Numbered from the stretch's first letter, positions 14,953-30,350 are shown. The stretch: 64,000 nt of DNA from the human T2T-CHM13v2.0 reference genome, Homo sapiens (GCF_009914755.1 NC_060934.1), one strand, 5' to 3'. Notes: generated from the letters alone by a model not told the origin. Numbers and translations are program-made.

Positions 14953-15600
14953 CAGAGGTTGCAAACCCACATGCCCACAGGATCCAGACAGCATAGATAG
15001 AGAGATAGCACTCCACAAACTCTGGCCCAAATCCAGCCCACCTCCTGTTTTTGTAAATGAAGTTTTATTGGAACACAGGCCTATTTTTTTTCACATATTG
15101 TCTGTGACTACTTCCATGCTGCACTGCAATAGCAGAGTTTAGTATAGACACTGACAGTATGGCCAGGTAAGCCCAAAATGTTTACTTTCCAGCCCTTTGC
15201 AGAATGTTTCTAACCCCTGGCATTAAACAGCAACAGAAAAAAAAGAAAAAAAAAAAACAATGAGGTGATTTATCTATCATTTTTCAACTTTTCTGACAGA
15301 TGTTGGTACAGGAAAATATTTCCAACAATGAAACAGTAGTAGAAAGAAACATGATGATAAATGTCAACTGGCAGAACCTTGGCCTCAGACTCAGGCATGA
15401 ATAGGAGAATTGGGGACTGTGGCGAATTGGAGAGCTCTTGTTCACTGCTATTCAGCCCCTTATTGATACCCTGTGACCAAATCTTCCCAGTTTTCAGAAG
15501 AACATGTACCTTGGGAAAGGTATGTTATATCTTCCAGTTCTTAAACACTGGCAGCTAACAAAATGAAACATTTTTAAAACTTGGGGACCCAAAAGCAACA
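14953..15600 (+). mobile_element. MER103C-like hAT element interrupted by MER58A
   Basis: 'cagaggttgcaaacccacatgcccacagg' start; 'ggggactgtggcgaattggagagc' internal motif at ~15410. Confidence 0.55.
15007..15219 (+). mobile_element. MER58A hAT-Charlie element
   Basis: 'ccaaatccagcccacctcctgtttttgtaaatgaagttttattggaacacag...ccctttgcagaa...aacccctg'. Confidence 0.85.
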
Positions 15601-16209
15601 TTTCTGTGGTCTGGATTTGTTTCATGACCATGCATTTGTGGATTCTGGATTTGGGACCAAGACATAATTCGAAAAGAGAAGGGAAAAGGTATGAGAAGGT
15701 AAATTGTACAAGAAGATGAATGGAGTAATAAATGTATGGTTCTCACGTGGCTGGTAAGACTGTGAAAGAGACAAGAATAGTAGTCAAGAAGATGAAAAAA
15801 CCCCTGCTTCTTCCTATAGGTCAACTTTGTGTGTTAGAGCTCAATTAGTTTTTGGTGCACTGGGAAAATGATTCAAGTATACTGACAGTTTTTATTATTA
15901 TGTTTATTGAGCCAATTTTCCCTCCATACTCATCATTTGTTACTCAAAAATGCAAGAGAAGAAAGGAATTAATTGTGCATCTGAAACTTAGATATCTATT
16001 TAAATCAGAAAATAAAGGAGATTAAAGAATTACATGAGCAAAACACATTTCTTGGTCCTTTTCATATGCATATGAGGAGAAGGAAATATTCAAGGAAAAA
16101 ATTCAGAGTAAACATTACTTTCCATGAGATATTAAGTTTAAGTAAATATCCAGCAAAATTTACACCCTTAACAATTAAATATATAAAACAAAAATTGTTT
16201 GCCTTTTCA

Positions 16210-16335
16210 GCTAATTACCCTGAGGACAGGACGTTGTTTAACTTGTTTATTCCCAAATCCTCAGGGGCCAGCATAGTGCATCCCCATAGAAGGCACCTGC
16301 TAAATTTGTAGAATGAATGATACATCAATGAATGA
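16210..16335 (+). mobile_element. L2 3' end
   Basis: 'cctgaggacaggac...agcatagtg...catagaaggcacctgctaaatttgtagaatgaatga'. Confidence 0.65.
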
Positions 16336-18351
16336 GCAAATGGAGCCCCACCTATATCCCATATTGCTGTGTCTTTTCTTTCATTTCTGGCCTCTAAATT
16401 TGCTCTGATGGCGTTCTTTTCTCTCTCTTCTGTTTCTCTTGTCTTCCTCTCCCATTCTTTTAAAAACTAAATTGATTTTTTCCTACTTTTGGCCAAGTCA
16501 TTTACTGATTTCCATTTTCTACCTGTGCATGAAGGTCACTTCAGCTTGGACTCTTTCTCAACTCTCTCATGTAATCTTCAGTTTGTGTCTGCCTGCTTAC
16601 ATTGCTATAACTTGAATTACTGTGTCTGTTAACAACAACAATAAAGGTAACGGCAAAGTGGTAGGGGAAATGTTAAACAACAATCGTAAAAGGGAGTAAA
16701 TGAACCCTTAGGTAGAAAGTTAGAAGGACTGAATTTATCTGTGGCTGTTGAAAAACTAAACTACATACATTGTTAAGCTTTAAGGGTTGCTCTTGAAAAT
16801 GTTCTCAGGCTGCCCAGGACAGTTATTGACCTATAGGGCACACTCAATACATATTAATTCTCTGCTCAATGTAGTATGACAAAGTCAGGATCAAATATTC
16901 ATACATCCAGATCTTCCAGAGATAAGATAGATTGTAATATCTATGTTTCTTCTAGGTCTTGTTTCAAGTGCATATCAAAATATTGGTAATATTTGGGTTG
17001 GAAGAGAATAGTTTGCATATTATTATTAATGTTTTATTAAAAAAATCGCTCTTTTAGACCTGCAATTCAAAATGGTCTGTGCATTTGTAACCATGATATT
17101 ATATTCAACTTCACATTTTCTCATCTAAGTACATTTGCAGTTGTCGAAAAGTCAGCATTAAATCAGGTTTGTACAATTATGGTATCTTATGGTTAAAATT
17201 AACAGAATCCATTTAGTTCATTCTCTTAATTTTTATGATGAGAAAACTCTGATCACAGAAATGGTCTCTATGGCAAACTTTATTGAACTGCATTTATATA
17301 TTTAAAGAAGTGCTAACTGAAATAGTGCAATTTAAAGTTTCATATAAAAGTGCATGGAAAATTGTAAAATTTATTCTCTATTGCAACTACAGTATAACAA
17401 ATTCTATGTCATGTAGATGGCTACATAGAAATTACAAAAAAAAACAACTAATGAACATTACAACTAAGGTAAAATGCTTTAATTACATTATATCAAATAA
17501 AATTTATTCTTCTTATAAAAAGCATCCCTCATATTCTAAAGATGTTGTAAATGTTAATTGGCCTGAGAAATTGGTGATTGAGTAATCAAGACCCCGGTCA
17601 GATTACAGACAAAATTAAGTACAACCGAAGGTGAAATTTTATCTGGCTCATGGAGATTAAAAGCAATATAAGGTTTAATGCAAATTTATCATTTATAAAA
17701 TTTTTAAAAACATGATAAATTTTTTTAAGAGGCGAGGAAGACAGTTAATGCTGTATTAAAATAGCAGCCATGGTTAACTTACGTTTTAAAATCATTCTCT
17801 ACAAAAAACTAGGGGCAAAAAAATTTTAGTTTAAAAAGTTGTAATATATAGTTTGAAAGAATAGCTTATAAGAAAATGTTAGTAATGGGGTCATCCCCAT
17901 GGACCCAAATCACTGGACATTAAGCAACGCATATATTATAGAATTATCAACATTAGAAAATGCACTGAATATTAACTTGAAAAGTTTTTGACATACAGAA
18001 CATGTGAGAACATGTGAATGCCATAGGAATTTTTAAAATATGTAGAAAATATAAATCTGGAAACTGTCATTTCTTATTTGCTGTTTATAAATGGCTGTAT
18101 ATGTTGTTCCTATTCTCTTGGCTATTTAAAGTAAATTAAATTTAATTGATATATTCTAATCAGACATATTTTAGGTGATATTTTGAATGCTAATAGTGTT
18201 AGACTCAGGTTTTGTAATTTTATTTGCAAAACAATTCAACTTTCCCTAGAAAGGAGACAGAACATAAATGAAAAAAATGACCATTTATTAAAATAATCGC
18301 AAGTAGCAGCATATTATAAATTGTTATGTTTAACAAAGGACACTATACAAT

Positions 18352-18470
18352 TTTTCATTCAACAGTACTGATTGAGCATCTACTATGTGTGAGGCACTGT
18401 TCCAGTGTTTCTGCAGCCCAGTGAACATGACAAACACTACTATCATTGTGAAGTGTGCATTCTAATAGCC
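18352..18470 (-). mobile_element. L2 3' end
   Basis: 'ttcattcaacagtactgattgagcatctactatgtgtgaggcactgtt'. Confidence 0.7.
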
Positions 18471-19449
18471 GGGCATATTTGTCATCTTTGTATTCCAGGT
18501 GACACATTTGTAATTATGAACTCTAAAATGTCATATTGTGCTTAAGTGCCTTTAAAAGCGTAAGTAATATGTTAGATGATGCTTCATAGCTTAGAACATA
18601 TCCACATGCATTTATGTAATTCTTATCATCTAGGGTACTTTGTTTATTAGAGGAGAAAACTGAGACCCTGGAAGTCTTACTGACATCATGAGCCTACAGT
18701 TACTGAATGGAAAAGTGAGGCTTGTCCCTCTCATTGCAGGGTTGCTGTGGTTTAACTCCCCAACCTACCCTAAACAGCCTTTTGGCAAAAGACCAATTTA
18801 TTCAGTATACCTTGGGAGAAGGCAGATATCTAAATTTATCTTGCTTTTGGCAAGAAAATGAATATTTGGTGGCATAAAAATGATCACAGTTTGAGAAATA
18901 CTAGGAAACATTCTATGAGAAACTAATGTTTAGCAACGTATCAATTTATGACATTTGAAAGAACTAAGAGTGAATGATTGCTTGAAACCTGAATTGGACT
19001 GCTGATCATAGAACAAGTTTAACCCATGGGAAAGTGGGAAGTATGTTTCAGAATGATGGAATAACCTGTCATGCAAAAGCAAAGACCTTTCATGGAGACT
19101 GGTGAATTCCCAGTCTCAGACTTTGATGGATGATTTTGTCAGCTGTTTTCTCTCTGAATGTGTTGTGTCTCCCAGCTTACTACTGAAGCAAGGAGGTTCA
19201 CTGGAATTCACTTTTCCAAAAGCAGTCAGGGACACACCATCCTTTCTTTCTAAAGTTTGTGCCTTTTTCAGCTTAGAAAAGCACTTGCCTTTCTATCTCT
19301 GACAAGTGACTGTGCAAAACTCCATCTATGACAAAATGGAATTGTGCAAGAGTAATGAAGGGATGAGAAATGCATCTCCTTTGACAGGCCATGCAAACCC
19401 CTTTACTCACATTATTACAGTGATAGTTGTAAAAGGAGGAGGAAGTAGA

Positions 19450-19585
19450 AGAACTGGTATTGAGCTCCTAGTGTATGTGAAGCCCTCTCTATGCCTTCCA
19501 GCCCTACACCCTGTGTTGGTAGTGTTACTGTTATTCCTGTTTTATAGATAAGAAAGCTGAGGTGCTGGGAGAATACAGAACTAGA
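19450..19585 (-). mobile_element. MIR relic
   Basis: 'ttattcctgttttatagataagaaagctgagg' MIR core. Confidence 0.55.
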
Positions 19586-21274
19586 GCTGCGATGTTTTCC
19601 CCTCCTTTTTATGTTATTGTGTATTGCCTCCTGCCCAACTCTACAGACAGATTTTACTTCCTGAATGTTTATTGTGATATTATGTCTTAAATAAGGGATA
19701 GTTTTTCTGACTGCTTCACTGATACACATGAACCCATGTGTTCCACCTTTTATAATAGGTTTCCCATAATAACACATGGTAAACAACAAATTGCATTGCT
19801 TCCTTTTCCTATTTTAATATAGAGTCATGTCATGTTTTCCTTTAAGGCAGACCAGGCACCTGTTTCATAAATTGGCAAGGACATCTGCAAGTTGCGTCTT
19901 TAGTCTGACAGAATCAAGTCTTGGCAGGAAGTTGTAAATTTCTCTTTCTCTACAAGGTGTCAGTCCTCTTAAAAGCATTTTTTAGCCATGAACTCTTTGT
20001 GAGCATGGATTGACCTACAAGAGGAAATACCACTTGGAAGGATATGTGTAATTCATTTCCATTTGGAACAGCTTATTGTATCTGCCAGGCACTCAGCTGA
20101 ATGTGCAGTGTTCCTTTATATCTGCATATTTTAAATAAAATTGTGATTAAGGTCATTAAAGACCCTCATATTAGAAGTGATCAAATGGTAATTGAATAAA
20201 GTTCAACTTATATGAAGAAATCTTTAGGAACACAGAAAAAAAATGGTCATTTTCTACTATATAATCTAAAAGGTATTTTTTACCCCATAAAGTTCTTAAG
20301 AACTCACTCCTTGGGAAGAGGTAACATACTAGCTAATTGGTATACTTCTGATATAGAATTCTGCTAAGAATCAACCTCTGGCTCTTAAATACTTGGAATA
20401 AAAGACATAACTCTACTCAAAATGTGTACGGAAGTTTTGTGGTTCACAAATGCAACAGCTTCTCCTAGATCTTGAGTTAATCAGCTACCGAATGCTGAAA
20501 GTTCTCTCCAGTCCTGTTATGTATTGGCCATAAACATGAGACATTGATATAATCATAATTTACTGCTGCTAGTAATAAATGAAGACTCAAGCAATAAGTA
20601 GCATATTACTTGCATATTTATGTTGCAGATAATATGCAGTATATTGCATACTATTGCATATATACGTTATTAGTCTAATGTAATTCATGTGTGTGTGTGT
20701 GCACATGCATGAGTGTCTTCTCTTTTGAGGAAAACTCCAGCTATGTCAGATCAGACCATATACTGGCACAATGAGCCGCACAGATGACAGAAGCAAAACA
20801 AAAACAAAAACAAAAAACAAAGTCTGGAATCTGAGTGCTCTATTGTATAGTATTTGTCTTCTAATAGACTAGGAATTGCAAGTCTTCAGGTGATAACACT
20901 TTTGTTATTTGGAATAAATTTCATTGATTTTTTAAATGTCTTTACTATAAATACATACCAACACAGAGATAAGTACTTATCAAACACTTGGTGCTTATTT
21001 TTAAGCCCAAATATAAAATGCATGTTTTTTATAATAGAGAGCTCAAAGTTACATTACTAGAAAATTATTTTATAAACTTTATCAAATTCTTCAGAAAACA
21101 GATAAACTCTATTTCATTTGAGCAGAGACTTCTTACTTTATTGCACTGATGGTAATGCAAAACAAAAAAAAATCCTTAGTAAGTTCTGTTCTTTTTTTCA
21201 TGAAATAGTGAGAGTTTGGATTATCATTCTCTCAACTCTACATAATAATTGCCCTTATTGACTTGAACACTTCT

Positions 21275-21450
21275 TATAGTAGTGTAGTGTTAGGAGAAAC
21301 ATGAAATTTTGAACCAGACAGACCAGAGTTTAAATCTAAATCCAACCTCTTAGCTGCTTTATATTGAATAGTTCTGAATGGCAGTTTCTTCATTCTTTAA
21401 ATGGAAATAGAAATGTACTGTAATGTTGTCTTCAAGGTTAAAAAGAAAAC
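21275..21450 (+). mobile_element. MIR relic
   Basis: 'gaaccagacagaccagagtttaaatc...cagtttcttcattctttaaatggaaata'. Confidence 0.6.
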
Positions 21451-24019
21451 ATATTAAGCTCCTGGTGTAAGGTCTGGAATAAAGTAAAAGCTTGAAACTG
21501 GCAATCATTGTTGTTTGGATCAGAAGCAAGAAAAAACAGAGGAGGGGAATGATTTTGATAAAATGAAAGGCATTCTGGCAGGAGATGAGCCATGTGTGAT
21601 TATCAAACCAACCCACCAGTGAGAACCATTCATAATTAAAATCATTGGCAGAGATTTTTACAGTCCCTCTACACCAGTTGAGTATATTTCACTTGCAAAT
21701 TCTGCCCTTTTTAGGTTTTCAATTCATCGGAGAGCTACAGTTGTCAATATTAGTATGGCAAAGCAGGGAAACTATAGAAATCATGAAAGTATTCTCATTT
21801 AGATTTGTGCAGGAAACAGCATTATATTGCTAATGAAGATAAAAAGGCAAATCAATCATTTCAGAAATAATTCACCTAATCAGTCCACCATTTTTTGGAA
21901 AGGAAGAACTACTTCACCAAATGTTACCAGAGGTTAGAAAACTACAAATCAAGATCAGTGTTATTCCTTGTAAACCTTCTGTGCTGATGAAGTTCAAATG
22001 TAGCTGTTTTATAAGGTTGATTTTATAAGATTACAAGTTTCCCTTCCCTGGCTTAATTTGGGGAAAAGAACTCATCTTTCCCCCCAATAGACATCCCCTT
22101 CTACCACAAGGTATCCAGTCTGATTTTGAGATTAAAGAGTTTTATTTAAACTCTGAGTTGGATGTTACATATTTCATTCATCTCCAAGCCAGTTATGTTC
22201 AAATTCTACTTTCTGAATCCGATCAGCAAGTCTCAGAGAAGTCAGGGTTGGCAAGAGAAGGGGAAGAATTTTGACTTTCCTCTGCTGTATTGTACTTCAT
22301 GTTCACTTTGAAGGCTTCAGAACCATTGCTTCGACTTAGTATTTTATCAGCGAGGTGCAGAGGAGGCCAGAACATAGAAGTGCCCATCAGGATGGAAAGA
22401 CTTTAGAACTTTTCATCCCTTTAATCTTTGTAAATGCAAAATGTGTTGTGTCAAAGGAACGTAGATCTTATACTATTATCATCAAAAGATTTGAAGTTAT
22501 TTTTCTTCTCAAAAGGAATCTGTGATATCAACAGTTGCATATTGTTTTTCTGTTGTAAATCAAACAGCTTGGAAGAAAAATGTTGCCATGTTTTTTGAAA
22601 GGGCAGCACAAACTATGATCATTATGGATAAATTTGAGAGTTCATCCTCATGAACTTTTAATGTTTCAACTGAGTGGCAGTTGCAAATAAAAGCGATGTA
22701 AGATCAAAGTGTTTAATATTATACACACATACACACACACTATATTCAAGATTTTACCATTTGTATTGGAATAGATTGTTTAAAGAAATTTTATAGTTGA
22801 AGCATTGATTGATTTTTCCAAGAGTTTCTTTTGATTTACAAGCTTGTAAGTATTCTAACATAATTTTCCTAGGAAAATTTAGCTCTTTTAGTATTTTGTA
22901 CACCTATAAAGTGTTCTAATTTTCATGTCTCGCTCATATTGTTATCCAATGTATACATTTTTGCATGTTATTGTGAAAATATTAGATTATTAGATTTTTT
23001 GCATTAGTCATAAGGGAAATTATTGTACTGCAGGCTAAGTACTCTCAGTCTGATCCAAACCTTCCTATAGGGCTCCAAATTAGCCATTCTGTTCAACCTT
23101 TTCACCAGGCAATTCAGTAAGGGGAAACAAGTCAATCTAAGGGGTGAATTTTGTAATCACAGACTAGTAAAACAATAACAACACCTTACATAGCAGCAAA
23201 GAAAGCTATGGAATGCAAAATTAATTAATTCCTTGCTTTTCCTTAGAGAATTTGGATTTATACTTAATTGAGCTAAAGTACCTGACTAGCCTGGGATGTG
23301 CTCATTTGTATTCATAGTGATTTTAGATGTTGTATAAAGATGGAAAGCAACTAAGTCATTATTTATTTCTTTAGACTGAAATTATAATTTATAAAGAGAC
23401 TTGGGAAGAAAAACTGAGATTTTCATTGAAACCAAATTTGTGTTACCTGAGGGACAGGTAGCAGTCAAAAATAGATCTATGGTATGCTCTTTGGCCCAGA
23501 TTAATAATATGACAAACATTTGGATTCTGTTCCCTTTGATGAACTGAAGGAAATGTAATTCAGGACAGAATGCCCCAAATAATAACGTCGATTTTGTTAG
23601 TCAGAATTAGAGTGATTTCTGTTTTCTCAACTATGGATGTAAGTGATGATTTTAAAATAAAAACATGATAAAATAATTTGTTCAATAATGCAGTGGCCTT
23701 CCAGCATATATGAATGCTTTACATTGAATTAAATCAATATTAAGTGCCAAGTATAAGCAGTAATAATAATTTATATAAACATACAGAATTTTAAGAATAT
23801 AAATAATTTGTGGAATTCAATTTCTACATATGTTTTGACTATGAAGAGCTGGGAATTACCTCATTCATTCACTTCACTTGGCAAACAGATGTCTTAATTT
23901 CTAGGTTTAAGCAATTGATTTCATGGCTCATATCTTTGTAGTAAAAGAAATCATTTAAACATGTAGAAACACAGAATTTTAGAACTGCAAGGGCTTGTGT
24001 AGTCCAGGCTCTCTCAAGA

Positions 24020-24545
24020 ATCAGCCAGGATGCTTTTGGGAGCAGATAACAGAAAACTCTGCTCGAACTATCTCAAACTGGCTTAAACAACGACATTTAT
24101 TTATCATCTCACATAAGGATTTTTGAGGTAGGCTGGACTCTGGGTGTAGTATGAAAGTTTCCCTGATGTTCTTGGGATTTGGATTTGGTCTCTACAAAGC
24201 ATTGCTTTTTCTGCTGAGATTGTCAATAAGATGGATGCAGTAGCCATGCCTTTGATGTTCAGTGAAAGCTGTGAGAGAGTCGTTCTTTCCTGCACTGTTT
24301 TTTCGGGAGGAAGTAACTTCCCAGGTGCTTCCCAGCTGAGGCACTTTTATTAAATGGTTAGGCTTTATGCCAGAGATGAGCAAATACTGTGATTTATATA
24401 AAGAGATCCTGACCATCTTTGGGACTGGGAATAAGGGTCTACTTTCCTGAGTCACATGATGGTGAACGTCAACTTACTAAAGCTGGGGTTTCATTTGAGA
24501 GGAGGAAAAGGAGACATACATGTTCTGTAGATAATCATCCGTCAT
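24020..24545 (-). mobile_element. Old MLT1 MaLR LTR relic
   Basis: 'caggatgcttttggg...aacagaaaactc...aactggcttaaacaa...atttattt...ctcacataag' matches a reverse MLT1 3' end. Confidence 0.55.
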
Positions 24546-24999
24546 AGCCACCTCCTTTTGCAGATGAGGGAAATAAGGGCCCAGAGAAGACTTCTAATGG
24601 GTCCAGATCACAAACATAGATCCATTTAGTCCAGTGTTATTTTCCACCTTATTTACAAAATGTCCCCAGTGCTTTTTTATTAAATGTCATTCTGCTCCTA
24701 CTTGTACTTGCAAGTGAAGATAAATTTTACCCAATAGAGTGTCTTCAGTTGAAAAACAGCTGAAACAAACCACTTTGATTTTCTCCTTTCTCAGGGAAGA
24801 GATCTCTGTCTTCCCAAGAGCCCCCACAGACCTCTGCTTCTTAGAACTTTTCACAGAGGAGTTTTAAATTACTATGATTACTTGATTACAAGTTTTTCCT
24901 TTTAGTAAATATTATGAGATAAAGCCCACTTTTTTTTAGTACTCAACAAAAGAATAAGCAAATAAATCCTGAGATTTTTCATTCCCAAAGCTATAAAAC

Positions 25000-25990
25000 T
25001 TGTTTAAGCATTGTCGTGTGTTCCAAGATGAATGTACTGTACTTCTAGGTAACATGTAGACATGGTCTGGTCCCATGTACTGAGATAGCGTGGTAGAAAG
25101 GCTACATAAAGGATAGGCAAACAGAAGAATATGAGGTAGTCTGTGTCATATGCCAGATGAGCACTACAAATAATAAATGCCCTCAGACTTCAGGAAAGTT
25201 CAGTGAAGAGGGCCATGATGTTTGGAGACTACTTCATAGAGAAAGGAAAACTTGGACTGGGAATTGAAGGAGGAGTAGAACATAGACAAATAGAAAGACA
25301 CAGATCCAATCCAGGAAGATGCACTAAGAAAGAAAAGTTAGATTTACTCTAGGAGTGATAGATTAGTTTGATGAGGCATTCTCTCAGTGGGAGTAGAAAA
25401 AATGAAATCGGGGAACTAGAAAGTGAGGGAGATGGTAGAGACTGTCCAGTCTGGGATAAGACGTTGGACTATGGGGGAAGCTATTGAAACTCTATGGGCA
25501 GGATTTTGACATAAAAAAATCAATGTTTATAAAGATTAATTTTCAAACCATGTGTAGAATGGGATGTGAGAGAGAAAAAGTAGTCAAGCAGTAAAGTAGC
25601 CTAAGTATAAATAAAAATTCAAAATTAAAATTAAAAAAATTCACATGAAGAGAAGAAAGCGATAAATTTTGAAGAATTGACAGGACAAGATAACTCATTG
25701 GACACAGGGGCTCAGATAGCTTAAAGCAAAATTCCTAGGTGTCGAGCTTTAAAAAAATGATGGCATCATTAACTGAAATAGCAAAGTTCAGAGAAGGGTT
25801 TTTTTTTTTTTTTTGAGAGAAGATGATTAGTTTTGTGTTACATGGTTTTGGTTTGCAGCATCAGTGGGATGCTTAGAGATGCCCATCAGACAGCTGGAGA
25901 CGTGCAAATGCATTTTAAGTTTAGCAGAGCTAGTGTTACAGATTAGAGAGGATGGCATGTGCGGGTGAGAGGCAAAATCATGTGTGGGTC
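25000..25990 (-). mobile_element. L2 relic
   Basis: 'gactacttcatagagaaagg', 'atggcatcattaactgaaatag', 'gagatgcccatcagacagctggaga' are L2 ORF2/3' motifs. Confidence 0.6.
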
Positions 25991-26064
25991 AGAGATTTAC
26001 AGCTCTTAGCAAAATGCCTGGCACATGTTTATCTCAATACATATTTATCGAATGAAAACAAAAT

Positions 26065-26580
26065 TTTTAACCAGAATACTTTGGGTTGGAAGTGACAGAA
26101 ATGCATCAGAAACTGACTTAAAGTTTGAATGTATTGGGTCATGTAACAAAGAAATCCAGGAACAGCGCTGGCTTTAGGCATGACTGGATCAATATACTTA
26201 CAGGGTTAGGGATTTCTAACTCTCAACTCTGCTTTGTTGTGTGTTAGCTCTTGTTCTTTGTGAGCTCCCTGCTTTTCTGACACATTCTACCAGCTTAGCC
26301 AACTCTGCAGAAAGAAAGCTCATTTTTTTTTTTCCACCAAGTTCTGAGTAACTACCAGGATTCAGTCTGCCAGGAAAAACTTGAAACATTCCACCATTCC
26401 TGAACCATTCGCTGTGATTCTGATGAACTAGGCTCTTCCCTAGAATCAGGGGCAGTGAGCATAGTGCTCACCAGCATACACTTAAACAAAACCTAAGGGG
26501 ATAAGGAGGAGGTTAGATTCAAAGAAAATCAGGGTTCTTTTGCCAAAAGAGAGGAGTATGGATGCTAGGCTGGTAAATTT
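26065..26580 (-). mobile_element. MLT1K/L-like MaLR LTR relic
   Basis: 'ggttggaagtgacagaaa...aaactgacttaaa...tattgggtcatgtaac...ctggctttaggcatgactggatc'. Confidence 0.6.
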
Positions 26581-27650
26581 AATATATGTCCCCTATTGGA
26601 ATTAGGAGGAAGGCTAACGAGCTAAAGCCTGGACCTAGAGTATACTCACATTTCCAAGGCAGGAAGAAGGTGGGGACAGTGAAGGGGAAACAAATGAATC
26701 CACAGGGAAGGCTTATGGATGACCACGAAGCACAGACGGGAGCTAATCGGGTCCATTTCTTGATATGTGACTTCTGTGTAAGGCTTCTCCAGACACGACA
26801 GGACCCCAAAATGGCATGTTCCCTTGGATAAAATGTAACAATATCTCCATCCCTGCAGGGTAGGTTCTTTTTCAGTAATTTAGACATACAGCAAAACATT
26901 CAAAAGTCGAGACTGTAGTAAAATAATAGCTACTTTTACCATTCTTATGTCTTTGGTTACCAGATTCAAAGCATGTGATTTCGACATTTTAAGAAGAGAC
27001 AACATCCTAAATAAATGATTTTCTTTCTGGCTTTTATAGCTCAGGGTTTTCAAAGGGAAGTGGACACATGTCAGTACCTAATGATTCAAAGCTTCTATTT
27101 CTTTATTTTCTTTATATATTTTAAGGCCTACCCAGTCATTGCTTAGCTTCAGCCCAGCAAAAGCTGGCCTTGCTCTATTGTCACTCTGCCTTTCAGCTTC
27201 CACTGTGCATTCTGCTTCCACCTCTGTGAGGTGTAAGTCCTGCCACAGTCTAGTCAGTGGAGGATGGGTCAGTACTCCTGCTTCAGTGACTGTGTGGCCA
27301 CAGTCAGAAAATATTTTGTTTGGTCATCAGAGCTCTCAGGACCATTACTGGCATATAGTAAGTGCTCAACAAATATATGTGGTTATTAATATTACTGTCA
27401 TGATTCTTATTACAAATCTACCCACTTGGCAAATGCCAGCTATCAGTGCATTACTCCATGAAGGAAACCACTCCTTTGTGATCTTATTTTTCTCCAGGAA
27501 ATGCATTGTGGATCTCAAGAAAGAGTGAGTCCCTTTAGTGCTAGCCAGATCACTGTTCTTTGATGTGAACCTCACGTTCAATATTTTACTTTTTGAATAT
27601 TCCTTCTTGTTTCTGCTTTTAGTCATTTCAATGCATTTTGGTTTGGTTCC

Positions 27651-27900
27651 ACATTTTATAGTTTTTAGGGCTATATGGTGCCCCCTGCCAAGTGCTTGTA
27701 TGTTTGGCTTATTTCTTAAGACACATTTACTATATGAAAAGTGTAAAATTTAAAATACAGCATATTTTTGTACATGGGTGTGTTTCTATATATGTGTGTA
27801 CCTATATATATACACACATATACGTATATGCATATACTCACATATGTACAACCATCAGTTGTTACCTAAAGCTTTCATGAGAATGAGGTTTTAGGCATGC
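27651..27900 (+). repeat. Copy 1 of a diverged local ~245 bp duplication
   Basis: Aligns by eye along its length with 28501-28742. Confidence 0.85.
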
Positions 27901-28103
27901 CATTTCTTGTGAAGAAAATCGTTTAGCAGATATCTCAAGGATGTATTTTTTCTTGAAAAATATACTCATAACAACAGCTGTGATTATTCCCGTTTATTTT
28001 GTCCTTACCATGTGCTGAGAACTGTGCTAAGTAATTTACATACATTGTCTTATTTCATTTCACCTCTACAGTAACCCTATGGGTTGGTATCAACCCTTTT
28101 GTC

Positions 28104-28435
<332 letters not shown>

Positions 28436-28500
28436 TGAGAAGCTGAGATGTGAATTATAGCCAGGCCCCATATGGAGGTGTATCTGTATAAACTATAAAA

Positions 28501-28742
28501 ACATGTTATAGGTTTTAGGGCTATGTAGTCACCCCTCCTAAGTGCTTATATGCTTGACTTATTTATTATGACCCATTTAGTTTATGCAAATTGTGAAATC
28601 TAAAATATAGTACATTTCTGTACATTGGTGTTTTTCTATATATGTATACATATGTATATACACACACATATGCATACACTCACATGTGTGCAACCACCAG
28701 TTCTTACCTAACATTTTAATTAGAGTGAGGTTGTGATCATGC
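28501..28742 (+). repeat. Copy 2 of a diverged local ~245 bp duplication
   Basis: Aligns by eye with 27651-27900 (offset ~850 bp). Confidence 0.85.
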
Positions 28743-30350
28743 TCTTACTGATTGCGTGAACTGCTGCCTGCCAATTCCATTGCTCTTCACTCCATTGGAA
28801 ACAGCTCCATACTTCAATTAAAGCACCATATGAGCCAGAAAACCACTATTAATAAAAAATATTCCGTGGAATAGAAAGCATTTATTAAATTGCTATTCTG
28901 ATTTAGTTTTGTGATGCTTGGATATTAGAATATGAGATCAATAGCCATTTATATGAAAGGGGTTTGTAAAACATTTTTATATACATTTTTTATTTTTTCT
29001 GACGATTTTTTAGCATGCATGTTTTACTCTCCTAGATGATTATTTTTTCATGTTGTGCTACAATTTAAAAAAAAATTTTTTATTCTTTTGGGTAATACCA
29101 ATGGTCTCTCTAGGGAATTTAAAAAGAGTCTGGATATATTGCATAAATGGTGTATTTCTAGACTAGCACTAATGACTGGGAAATACAGTGACTTTGAGAG
29201 CATGCCCTGCAAAAATGCTTGTGGTGAAATGCAGATTGCTCCAATTTCCTGCTGAAATGTCCATCTCTGCAGGGAGTGCTACTTTCCAGGGTTATACCAT
29301 CAGAAATCAATTCTGCTCATGGAGATTATTAAAGACTCAGAGCAAATACCAAGTCCGAAATCAATGTGATGTGATTATACTTATCTGTATAAGTACCGAC
29401 AATTTTTGGTCACCAAGAAATTATATGAATTTTAAAAAATGGTTTAGGTGAGACTTAGCCATCAGAAACTAATTTGATTTCTAAGAGAGAATATTTAGAA
29501 TGTAGATTTTAGCAAGCACCATAATATATAAGACAAGTACACTATATGTCTGTTTCTTATTTGATAAGAACTGTGCTGTTCTTTCTTTAAAACTGCAGTT
29601 TACAAAATATGTCGTAACTTAAACTGGCATATATAAGCGTGATGTGGCAAATGTTCCTCAGCAAATTTTCAAGGGATTGGAACATTTCCCAACCTTTTCC
29701 AAGCAAAGATATAAAGTATATTCTTTTGGAATCCCAAAGGAAGATATTATTAAATACAAATGGAGAGAATTTTGAAATTATTGAACAGGCTGTTTATATT
29801 TCTTCCCGATCCAAAGTTTTAGTATTATTATTTTCAATGGGTCATCAGATTTTACAGAGAAAGATTAATTTTTTAAAAAACTTTTGTTACATTTGGAAAA
29901 TTTTGGATTGCAACACTTCTAGATTCAGAGATATTCCTAGAGCCTAAAATCAAATATCTGTATTTCTCCAGATTAATTTTGTTTGGGGTATTATGATATA
30001 GTTGCAAGGAAAAAAGTACTCATCACATCCTTTCACTGTATTTTCTTTTCCAAAAATGAACCCAAATAGTTGAAATCTAAGATAGTGAATAGAATTTGAA
30101 CCATTTCAGTGATAAACAATATAACTGTTGAAACAAAGCTAACATGTACATATCCAAGAAAAATTTCCAGGCACATGTCTATTTTCAGTCTTGTCTAGGT
30201 TTATCCCATTTATGCCAGGTAAAGATCAAGTTTTGTTTTTGTTGTTTTTGGTCTAATGCAAAGAATATCTTAAGAACGCATTCTTTGGCAGCTTATTATA
30301 CACTGTACATTAGCCCCAATATTTTATTTTATTCTCATCATTCTCTGAAG

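Noticed and set aside
27139-27528. 129-aa ORF with a signal-peptide-like start
   Set aside because: TTG start, no recognisable domain, runs into a MIR/L2-like 3' end; consistent with chance
29278-29448. Possible + strand exon (ctctgcag ... TTTAG|gtgaga)
   Set aside because: Weak polypyrimidine tract, no recognisable peptide, no partner exons identified
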